Shown here one piece after another: positions 52,656 through 64,000 of a DNA stretch of 64,000 nucleotides. The stretch covers positions 73,222,001 to 73,286,000 of the forward strand of contig OX597826.1 of the NCBI GenBank assembly GCA_951406725.2, in the 5' to 3' direction. Source of the DNA: Octopus vulgaris (Eukaryota). How positions within the stretch are numbered: the stretch's first letter is position 1; every line of letters starts with the position of its first letter. The notes under the pieces are model-generated. The model worked only from the letters and a program-made list of their open reading frames with translations. It did no database searches and was not told the DNA's origin. The position numbers were made by a program, and so were the translations under genes.

Positions 52656-53183
52656 CATGCACATAAGCAATAAAGAAATATTGCATCTCTTGCATATAAG
52701 GTTTAATATTGCAATTGCACATCCAGCGAGTTGCATCCCGTAAAATACCCTCAATTTCCGTCCCCTCTCTCTCTTACTCTCCTTTTCTCTCCCTTTCATA
52801 CACACACATATTCACACATCCAATGCTATTTGCAACGCAATCAGTTTTGTATGCAACAGTATTGGTTTTTCAAATCCGTTTCATCTCCGCGACTTGGATA
52901 TTATACACCAACGCTTTGAAATCCCTCCAATTTATTTGAAATATATTTTATTGAGCACTTTTGATAGTTTTGCCTCATAACCGGAACACATGTAAAACTG
53001 CATGTGCGTCTTTGTGTACATACACGCGTACATATAATATGATATAATGTAATATAATATAATATAATATAATATAATATAATATAATATAATATAATAT
53101 ATATATGTGTGTGTATGTATATGTATATATAAATATATATGTATGTATGTATGTATATAAGTATCATATATATATATATATAT

Positions 53184-53214
<31 letters not shown>

Positions 53215-53418
53215 TAATATATGTTCGTTTTTATCCTCACTTATAATGACTGTTTTACATTAATCTGATGGGTTACTCTATACCTTTGTAGAGTACAAAT
53301 TTATTATTCTTAAACAAGAATATCATTCATAGTGACTTCGAAGTTACGACTAGTTAAGGCATCGTCTGACTGCGATGCATTTAGGTTAATCTGTCAACAA
53401 TATTATCAAGAAAAGTAA

Positions 53419-53524
<106 letters not shown>

Positions 53525-53572
53525 TGTAGTAGGTATGTACGTATATTTCTATGTCATTATTCAATTTTATTA

Positions 53573-54238
53573 AGGCGGCGAGCTGGCAGAATCGTTAGCA
53601 CGCCGGGCGAAATGCTTAGTGGTATTTCGTCTGCCGTTACGTTCTGAGTTCAAATTCCGCCGAGGTCGACTTTGCCTTTCATCCTTTCGGGGTCGATTAA
53701 ATAAGTACCAGTTACGCACTGGGGTCGATATAATCGACTTAATCCGTTTGTCTGTCCTTGTTTGTCCCCTCTGTGTTTAGCCCCTTGTGGGTAGTAAAGA
53801 AATAGAAATAGGTATTTCGTCTGTCTTTACGTTCTGAGTTCAAATTCCGCCGAGGTCGACTTTGCATTTCATCGTTTCGGGGTCGATTAAATAAGTACCA
53901 GTTACGCACTGGAGTCGATATAATCGACTTAATCCGTTTGTCTGTCCTTGTTTGTCCTCTCTGTGTTTAGCCCCTTGTGGGTAGTAAAGAAATAGGTATT
54001 TCGTCTAGCGTTACGTTAAAGGCGGCGAGCTGGCAGAAACGTTAGCACGCCGGGCAAAATGCTTAGCGGTATTTCGTCTGCCGCTACGTTCTGAGTTCAA
54101 ATTCCGCCGAGGTCGACTTTGCCTTTCATTCTTTCGGGGTCGATAAATTAAGTACCAGTTGCATACTGGGGTTCATCTAATCGACTGGAGCCCTTCCCCA
54201 AAATTTCGAGCATTGTGCCTAGAGTAGAAAAGATTATT
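53573..54238 (+). mobile_element. SINE family A dimer plus partial third unit plus second SINE A with alternative tail
   Basis: Junctions at 53811 and 53995, new head at 54019. Putative TSD ATTATTCAATTTTATT (53556-53571) / ATTATTTAGTTTTATT (54233-54248). Confidence 0.85.
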
Positions 54239-55557
54239 TAGTTTTATTTCAAGATTTCTTTACAATAGAGAAAGAGCCAGTTTCTAAGATTCTGTTACTG
54301 GAATTTCAATGACATCAACAGGGTATTTTTGTATATGTGTGTGTGTATTTCTGTGTGTGTTCATCTTTTGGACTTCTATTGTTCAGCGTTAACGTTTCGG
54401 TGCATGCAAGCACAGGCCTGGGCAAGATGTGTGTGTGTGTGTGCGTGTGCAAAAGTATGCAGCGGAGGAGGTAGAAGAGGAGGAGGAAGATGCTAGTGAC
54501 GACAATGATGATAATGACGATGACGACGATGTTGTTGTTTTGACTCAGATCGGCCCAGCACGAACAAACATTTCAAAGACGTTCCAGTCATAGCCATCCA
54601 ATTTTGGAGTGGGGCGCAGGAAGAGGTCAGGCGGATTATAACTTTAGAACTATATCATACAACGCGTCCATCATCCTTTTGCGATGCAGCGGTGCGTGAT
54701 GCGAGGAAATTTGGTTGGCATTTTAGCAGGTCGTGCGACCGCGTAAAGGCTCCCTCTTTGACTCACAGCAAGCGCAGTGGCTGTAGGGAGAGGGGAGAGG
54801 AGGGGGGAGCGAGTTGTTAGGAATATAAGAAATCTTGGTACATCTATCAAATATCGACCTGTACCTGTAGAAGCCACGTGATTTACCTTTTCTCCTAACA
54901 CCTCCAAATATTAGGAAAGAAAAGGAGGTAGGGAGACGACTGAGGGGAGGAAGAGAAGGAGGGGAGGAGGAGGGGGAGGTGGTGGGATGGTGGAGGGGGA
55001 GGCACAACATTAGTTGTAGTTTTAGTCTTATCTTCTGAAACATCGTTGTATATTATAATCAATGGGAAAGCGGATATCCGATCTAGACGATCAGCTTTCG
55101 ATTTTAACACATGTATGTGTGTGCATACTTGCACTACTAGTACCTATTTATTACCATGTCGAATTTGAAACTACCCTTCCTCCCACTGCCAACCCAGACC
55201 TTCACGTTGGCTGTGAAGGTGTTTTTAAGGACCTTGGCAATGGAATCTCTGTACTTGATAAGTTTTCTGCATTAGTTTGCGGAACGGAGGATTATACTTT
55301 GACCATGAATTCGGGTAAGTTACTAACAGCCTTCTCCCAGTGTAATGTTTTTTGTATCTGTGCAATGAGATCGTTGCCTTCAGTGGTGTTCCAACGTCAT
55401 TAAAGGAGATAGTACTGAATCTGAATGGAAGTGGGATGTGCGTGCATATACATGTGTGTATGTATGTATATATGTATGTATGTATGTATGTATATATATA
55501 TATGTGATGCACACTCACAATACGCTGTCTCAAAACAAATCACTTACATCTCCTTAC

Positions 55558-55612
<55 letters not shown>

Positions 55613-55655
55613 AAGAAAGAGAGAGAGAGAGAAAGAAAGAGACAGGGACAGAGAC

Positions 55656-55732
<77 letters not shown>

Positions 55733-56076
55733 TGGTGTAAAAGTTAGCACACAAGCACGAGGTAAGTAAAAAATAAAAATATACTGTGCTTTACGCACAT
55801 GAAAAATAGTTGGAAAAATCTTTTACGGTTCCTTTCGACTGTACGCTCATCTACCGAAAGAATGGACGAAGGAGAGAAAATGTAGAGAGAAAAGAAGAAA
55901 CGTGTCTAAATTAGACGGTCGCCGCATGCTGAAATGACCAGAAGAACATGAGGTCGCTAGAGGAGTGAATCAAAAGTGAAACAACTGTGAGAAGAGGAGA
56001 GGTCACATGAAGCGAAGATGGCAAGGGGCGTCATATGTGTGTATATGTATGTATACATACATACATACATACATAA

Positions 56077-56107
<31 letters not shown>

Positions 56108-57336
56108 CATACAAGGACTCTAAGAAAATTAATTGGTATCTGCCATATTAATCATCGCTAATAGTCTACTATTCACTGCCCTGTCACCCTCTTCGCCAAC
56201 ATATGCACAGGTGACAAACGGACATTGAGGGGGAAACTGTGACTCAATAGCACTGAAGACAGAATAGATATTACCCCTGCAGCCACTAAAACTGGGCCTG
56301 CCTACCTTATATAAGCCTCATCAGTGACGAAGCTCTTCGATAATTTATAACAAACGACATCATTATTTCTTTTATGATCTTATATTATATAATTTGTGAC
56401 GTTGTTATTATATACAACTAAGACGACGAACAGAATCGTTGGTATGCCTTACAAAATGCTTCGATTTACGTTCTGAGTTCAAATTTCGTCGAGGTCGAGG
56501 TTCCCTTTCATCCCTTTCGGGTTCAGTAAAATAAGTAACAGTTCAGTACTGCGGTCGATGTAAGCGACAAGCCTCCACCCACACCCAAAAAAAATCTGGC
56601 CTTCATCCTATAGCCGAAATAATTATTATATACCTATGTTTTTATTACCCACAAGGGGCTAAACATAGAGAGGACAAACAAGGACAGACATAGGTATTAA
56701 GTCGATTACATCGACCCCAGTGCGTAACTGGTGCTTAATTTATCGACCCCGAAAGGATGAAAGGCAAAGTCGACCTCGGCGGAATTTGAACTCACAATAT
56801 AACGGCAGACCGATACTGTCGTCGTTGTCGTCGTCGTCCTCCCCATTGTCATCATCATCATCATCATAATGAACATCACTGTCATCATCATCATCGTCGT
56901 CATTATTACTTGCCATACTCTAAAAGAGCTACGGCCGCCATATTCCTATATTGTGATAGAATGAAGATTGTTGATTTGGATGAAAAAGACAGTGAGCGGT
57001 CTTCGTACTTCTCACAGTAACTGTCATTCATTCATGCATACATACATACATACATACATACATACACATACATACATACATACATACATACATACATACA
57101 TACATACATACATACATACAAACATACATACATACATACATACATACATACTAACATACATACATACATACATACATACATACATAAAAACATACATACA
57201 TACATACATACATACATACATACATACATACATACATACATACATACATACAGATACACATACACACATGCATACATAAAAATAAGCCAAAACGTTTTGA
57301 TATATTAATTTTCTAGCTGATATCATTATTATAGTT

Positions 57337-57378
<42 letters not shown>

Positions 57379-57616
57379 GAAGACAGGTGGTGTAGACAAC
57401 AAACAAAGAGAAGCGAAGGAGTGACTATAGGCGCAGGAGGGGTTATAGGACCGCAGGAGTGGCTGTGTGGTAGGAAACTTGCTTCCCAACCGCATGGTTT
57501 TCGGTTCAGCCCCACTGCGGGGCACCTTGACCAAATGTCTTCTATTATAGCCTTTGGCCGACCAAAACCTTGTGAGTGGATTTGGTAGGCGGAAACTGAA
57601 AGAAGCCCGGCGTACA

Positions 57617-57661
<45 letters not shown>

Positions 57662-58025
57662 GTATGTATGTATGTATGTATGTATGTATGTATGTATGTA
57701 TGTATGTATGTACGTATATCAAAGTACAGGTGAGGATATAAACCTCGGAGGCATAAAAATATCCAAAGTTAAAGTGGTTGAATACTTAACAATATAGGCA
57801 CATACATATATATCATATTGGTTTTCATGTGTGTGTGTGTTTGTCCCCCACCATCACTTGACATCCGATGTTGGTGTGTTTACGTCTCCATAACTTTGGT
57901 GAAAGAGACTGATTGAATAAATACTAGGCTTACAAAGAATAAGTCCTGGAGTCGATTTGTTGGACTAAAGGCGGTGCTCCAGCATGGCTGAAGTCAAATG
58001 ACTGAAACAAATAAAAGAATAATAG

Positions 58026-58081
<56 letters not shown>

Positions 58082-58094
58082 ACATGTATGTATG

Positions 58095-58125
<31 letters not shown>

Positions 58126-58310
58126 CTATAATATATATATCAGGTAATATTACGTCTGATGATGTAAGACGATAGGGACAATTAGTGCTCAGGCTGACTT
58201 CCTGCCTCATCTGCAGGGATGCTATAGCTGCTGCCTAGTGAAAATTGGTAAGAGGCAGTGTTTCATTTGAGCTGGTTCATATGCCTGTTGTGTCTTTAGT
58301 TTATCTATCA

Positions 58311-58383
<73 letters not shown>

Positions 58384-58555
58384 GCTATCTATATCTAACT
58401 AACTATATTTGTGTGTGTTTGTATGTGTGTGTGTATACACCCTCCTCCTGGACATAATGAACCATAACAAATATCATTGATGAGGAACATTCTTCGGGAA
58501 GAACCATTTTTCACAAATTTTATATAAGCTTAACGCTTTAAAAGAATGGAATGAG

Positions 58556-58591
58556 TCTTGACGTTTCTGATGCTAGTCCTTCGTCAAAAAA
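58556..58591 (-). ncRNA. Decayed minimal hammerhead
   Basis: Reverse complement: TTTT-TTGACGA-A-GGACTAGCATCA-GAAAC-GTC-AAGA (C3 mutated). Confidence 0.5.
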
Positions 58592-58928
58592 GAGAGGATC
58601 GGTGGTTAGAAAAAAAGTTTGTATGTATGTGTGTGTACGAGCGTGCTTGCACGCGAATAGGCGCGTATGGGTGGGGTAGGTATCCTGGAAACGGAAAAAA
58701 TGTGAGTAGCAGTAACGTGAAGCCTTACTTTTCAATAAAGGAATAAACTGTATTCCATTTTAGTATTGAGGGATTTTTCGCTTGTTAACACATTCCGACA
58801 AGTGAAGGAGTACCCTATAGATGTAGCACAATTTATTGTTTGACTCGAAGGCTGACGTTTCACGCTGTCGCAACTCTGATTGATTTTGTGTCTTACGGAG
58901 GGTCTGAATCATCTGCTTTTCCAAATGT

Positions 58929-58985
<57 letters not shown>

Positions 58986-59182
58986 CTCTCTATCTATATA
59001 TCTATTTATCTATCTATCTCACACACACACAACTACCTACACTCACATACATATAGACATATACATGCATACGTCTACATACATACATACACACACTCAC
59101 GCACACACACACATATATATATATAGATATACACAGATGCACGCACACAGCGATACATATAAGTGTGTGTATATATACACAT

Positions 59183-59304
<122 letters not shown>

Positions 59305-59673
59305 GGGTGGATGGATGGATGGAGAGTGGATCGAATCGTATTGCCAGCGTTTTACGCAATGAAACAGTATAAGAAATGATGGGGTGGGGAGTCAGCGAGC
59401 AGGGGTGAAGGGGAGTTAGAAGAGTGTAAACTGTGTGTTAGTTATAGGGAATAACAAGACCGCGTTATAAGGGGTGTAGTGTTTATTATAGGGTTGTAAA
59501 ATAGGGATCGGTTGCAGGTGGGGGTTTACAGTAATAAGGACATGCGATAAAACAGGGTTATGTATAGTGAGAGAGGGTAAGGGGTAGAGATCAATAGATA
59601 TGTACTGTTTAATAGGGAACTAGGAAGTTCTGAAATTTAAGGGGGTAGAGGATGGTACAGAAGAGAAGAGCGT

Positions 59674-60338
59674 GTGGTGGTGATGGTGGTGGTGGTGGTG
59701 GTGGTGGTGGTGGTGGCGATAGGAAAAAGTGAGAAAGGGATAAATGTCAGACTGGGTTGGAAAGGGTGGAGCTCAAATTAATTGTGGTGAGATCATGGTG
59801 ATGATGGAAGTGAAGGTGGTGGTGGTGGTGGTGGTGGTGGTAGTTGTGGTGGTAGTGGTGGTGGTGGTGGTGATGGTGGTGGTGGTGATGGTGGTGTTGG
59901 TGGTGGTGTTGGTGGTGGTGATGGTGGTGGTGGTGTGGTGGTGGTGGTGGTGGTGATTGGTTTTTGTTGATGTGGTTGTAGTGGTGGTCACGGTGACGAC
60001 GGTGGGGTAGGAGAGATGGTGGCGGCTGAAGTCATGATGATGATGGTGACTGCAGTTGTAGTTGTGGTGGTGGCGGTGGTGGTGGTGGTGGTCGTCGTCG
60101 TCGTGATTGTAGCGGTGATGGTGGTGATTGTGCTGCGGGTGTCGGGCGGGGGGATTGTGATTGTCGTGGCGGCGTTTATGACTGTGAAATGGTATTGTAT
60201 TGATTGTCATCATCGTAGTGGTAGTGATGACATGGGTGGCGAGGCGTGGTACTGGCTGTAGTGGTTTTTTGTTCTGACAGAGACGGGGTGGTGGAGATGA
60301 GGGTTGGGAGGATGTCGGGGGAGGGTAGTAGTACTAGT

Positions 60339-60425
<87 letters not shown>

Positions 60426-60614
60426 TGTGATATAGTGCTTAATGTTGATTTTGCTTTTCTGTTGTTATTGTGGTTAATGGTAGTGGTGGTGGTGGTGGTG
60501 GTGGTGGTGGTGGTGGTGGTGGTGGTGGTGGTGGTGGTGGTGGTGGTGGTGGTGGTGGTGGTGGTGGTAGTATTAGTATTAGTATTAGTAGTAGTAGTAG
60601 TAGTAGTAGTAGTA
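59674..60614. repeat. (GGT)n/(AGT)n trinucleotide block
   Basis: Direct reading. Confidence 0.95.
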
Positions 60615-60981
60615 GCGTTGTTTTTTGAAGAGTTAATCTCTTGAATTCAGTCGTTAATTTAAAGTGACATTCCAAAGCAGTCTCTGATTATATCGGCCTG
60701 GATGAAAGATGCCTTGGATCGATTCCCTTCTTCTCCCTCTGGCGGGTGAGGGGTGGGGGTGGGGGAGGAGACGAGGAAGGGTGTTTGATTGGGGGAAATT
60801 ACTAAGATTACAGACAGACAGACAAACAGACAGGCAGGCAGGAAAACAGACAAACGGGCGGTTATTAACAATATTTTCTACGGTTAATGCATGAACATTA
60901 CACAATCTCGTTTCCTCTTGAACTTGATCGAATTAAGTCTTGGTGAGAATTGAACGTTCAATAGTCGTGTGTGAGATAATA

Positions 60982-61040
<59 letters not shown>

Positions 61041-61043
<3 letters not shown>

Positions 61044-61260
61044 CTATTTCTTTATTACCCACAAGAGGCTAAACACAGAGGGGACAAACAAGGACAGACA
61101 TAGGTATTAAATCGATTACATCGACCCCAGTGCGTAACTGGTACTTAATTTATCGACCCCGAAAGGATGAAAGGCAAAGTCGACCTCGGCGGAATTCGAA
61201 CTCACAACGTAACGGCAGACGAAATACCGCTAAGCATTTCGCCCGGCGTGCTAACGTTTC
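61041..61260 (-). mobile_element. SINE family A monomer with TSD
   Basis: TSD CACACATACC at 61035-61044 and 61260-61269. Confidence 0.85.
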
Positions 61261-61321
61261 ACACATACCACATACCACATACATACACACTCACCCACGC
61301 ACATGCACACACCTATGCATA

Positions 61322-61541
61322 TACGAGGGTGTGCTAAAAATGCTTGGCTTTGGGTAAAAGAAAATACAGGAGGATCGGTTAATTATGATTTTATTCAGTA
61401 TATTCCCCTCGCAGATTTACGCCCTTCCTGAATCGGTCCTTGAGTTTTTCAAAGCCCTATAAAAGAACTCGGAAGGCTGGGTCACCAACCAGGCCTTTCG
61501 CAATACTCTTAAAGCCAGGAACTTTTCAGCACTCCTTCGTA
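61322..61541. mobile_element. Mariner-type MITE, about 220 bp
   Basis: TACGAGGGTGTGCTAAAAATGCTTGGCTTT ... AAAGCCAGGAACTTTTCAGCACTCCTTCGTA, TA termini. Confidence 0.8.
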
Positions 61542-61906
61542 GATTACATATACACATTTCAAAAACTAAATACTACAATTCATATACGCACGGATACACA
61601 CTACATTGATCATACACATACGTATACACAATAGATGCAACCGAATATTACATACACATTCATACTACATACGAACATACCCAACATACAGCGCATATAC
61701 GCTCACATTACAGAAATATATATATATATAATTATTTGAGGAATATTATTCCTAACTTACAGGGAAAAATTCAGTTTAGAAATACTAAATCAAACACGTG
61801 TCGTTATCCTACCAAATATATACCGTTTTATTATTATTATTTTGCAATTTACATAATCATCGGTATATTATTGTTATTTTATTTTTAAAATTTCTATTAT
61901 ATGTAA

Positions 61907-62205
61907 CTAGCAGTATCGCCCGGCGTTGCTCGGGTTTGTAAGGGAAATAACTAAATAAGCATTTTTAGAGAGTTACTTCCCTTATATAATAGCAAAAAAT
62001 GCATTAAAAATGGGAAGAAATGATGGTAAATTTTTTTTTTAAATCGTAGACTCATCGTAGACGCGCGCTAATACCCAGAAGGGCTCGATATGAATCACGA
62101 CTATAAGATACCCTCTTTTGATTAAACTGCACCGCAAAATGTGGGAGTAGTTAGGAATCTAAATCGTAGGAGACAGACACACAACTTCACATTTATATAT
62201 AAAGA
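61907..62205 (-). mobile_element. Non-autonomous Helitron
   Basis: Reverse complement A|TCTTTATATATAAATGTGAAGTTG ... AAACCCGAGCAACGCCGGGCGATACTGCTAG|T. The 3' end is identical to that of 6194-6584. Confidence 0.85.
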
Positions 62206-62263
62206 TTTTCTAGATGGTGTAATTTAATTGTTCATTTTGAATTGATAAAAGGTGTTTTTTCTA

Positions 62264-62313
<50 letters not shown>

Positions 62314-63441
62314 CACCATATATTATGCACACATACACACTACATTCATGAGCTCAGTACACATACCTACACAATGCATATATACAAATTACACAAGCAC
62401 TACACTTTGTATAATGTAGACTCATATGCATCACACATGTATTCATCTAGATGCGCATTATACATGTATATACAAACATGTATGCACATACGCAACATAC
62501 ATTTACACAAGACGTACATAAACACTTTACTTGGAGTTACATATTACTTAAACCTACGACATACACAGATTTATACCCATACATGCAGTACACTTTTGGT
62601 ATACATACTACATGCACACGAACAATGTACACACATACAGAAACACTGCACACGTGCACCACATACACATACACACATATACATACACATTAACTCACTT
62701 TCTGCATTTCTTCTCTGAGAAATGTCCCAGTCCGAAACGTTAGTTGTAGCGTACATGTTTGTTGTATAATGGTGTATATGCGTATATTCTGGTACATACT
62801 GATACAATCTGATACATATCGATCCATACTAGTATTTACTAATCTAAGCTCATATATTATTTGCACTGATATACACTGGAACGTAGAATTTCTGAGTCCA
62901 AATCCATCCGATTCAACTTTGATTTTCATCCCTCCTTAGTTGATAGAACGTAGAATTCAGAAAGCATAGAATCGAAAGAGAAATACCACAAGGCATTTCA
63001 ACTAACACTGTAACAGTTCTGCAATAACCACGACCCTGAACTGCTATGCTATTTTATCGATCCCGAAAGGATGAAAGGCAAGGTTGGCTTTGACAGGTTC
63101 CAAATCAGAACGCAATGAGCCAGAACAAATACCGAAAAGCAATTTGTTCTACGCTCCAACGGCTCTACCAGTTCGTTGATGAAAAAGCCTTGAAATGCAC
63201 CCATACCATTTGATTTTATCGGCCACATTACTTGATTGATATCTCATTCTATCAACCACGGAGGGATGAAAATCAAAGTTGAATCGGAGGGATTTGGACT
63301 CCGAAAATAATATGTATCTAAATACAAGTTGTTTTAGCCGACACGTTTCTGTACCCTGTTTCACAAATATACATACTGATACGCATTAGTATATGCTGCT
63401 ATACACTGACTTATACAGTGTATATACATATTGATATACAG

Positions 63442-63503
<62 letters not shown>

Positions 63504-63770
63504 GTCAATCCCAAAATGAACAAGCAAGAAAAAACAACAACGCGAGGACGTGGTACAATTACTGTGTTATTGGACGCTCAGGAAGAGGAAAGAAAGAGGA
63601 TTTCACGTTTCGAGCGGAGCTCTTCATCAGAAATGTAGAAAAAGTCCAAAGAAGGGAAGACGGAGAAAGAAAATCGCCAACGATACACACGCGGTCACAT
63701 ATTGAAATGATCGGAAGTGAAGAAAAAGTTCTTTCTAAGACAGGAGAGTACAAGAGAAGGAGGTACGTGT
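63504..63770 (-). mobile_element. Solo PLE pseudo-LTR, same family as 46857-47068
   Basis: Shared blocks such as CTCGCGTTGTTGTTTTTT, TTGTACCAC and AAATCCTCTTTC. Abuts (TA)n at 63446-63503. Confidence 0.7.
63600..63634 (-). ncRNA. Minimal hammerhead ribozyme (GUG triplet)
   Basis: Reverse complement: ATTT-CTGATGA-A-GAGC TCC GCTC-GAAAC-GTG-AAAT. Confidence 0.75.
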
Positions 63771-64000
63771 GAGTATGTGTGAGTATGTGCGTGCGCACAG
63801 GTCTGTGTGTGTGTGTAAGGATATATAAATGTATATCGATTCGATCATGGGGCGGTTCCTTCCCCTGTCAGCACATGTGCATACATTTGCGCTCTTCCTA
63901 CACTAAAAGGAGTATTTTACTTCTATACCTAGCAATGAAGGTGTCTCAGCACCCTTAGTCACATTTAGTGCCGATTGAATTTTTTCTTTACGGTATTATA

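Noticed and set aside
56283-56326. CTGATGA-GGC...GCC on the minus strand
   Set aside because: GAAA half of the core is absent (CAGT instead).
62714-62744. CTGAGAA...GAAACGTTAG hammerhead-like
   Set aside because: G8 mutated, helix II does not pair and helix I is only 2 bp.

Overview
Animal (eukaryotic) non-coding DNA, probably intergenic or intronic. The SINE repertoire and extreme microsatellite load suggest a coleoid cephalopod such as Octopus; this is an inference. No intact host protein-coding gene, rRNA, tRNA gene or CRISPR array is supported, and almost all ORFs in the track are translations of microsatellites. The window is a graveyard of transposons: three decayed Penelope-like retroelements (PLEs; RT and/or GIY-YIG remnants at 1.1-2.6, 10.1-11.8 and 39.4-40.4 kb), a fragmented hAT transposase (21.6-26.7 kb), Tc1/mariner, pogo, hAT and Helitron non-autonomous elements, RTE and CR1/L2-type LINE scraps, and about 35 copies of three tRNA-derived SINE families. 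The main hidden signal is a set of at least 9 readable type I hammerhead ribozyme (HHR) motifs in about 5 sequence families, plus several decayed ones. All have a self-complementary or near-self-complementary helix III. Most sit in short non-coding elements inserted next to (TA)n, and several are fold-backs with a ribozyme in each arm and a 70-80 nt one-sided tail carrying a shared GUAC/GUGC hairpin. Variants include a CCGANGA (U4C) core and a 53-57 nt helix II. A second oddity is a SINE that forms 184-bp head-to-tail concatemers with a fixed GGTA junction at three independent loci.
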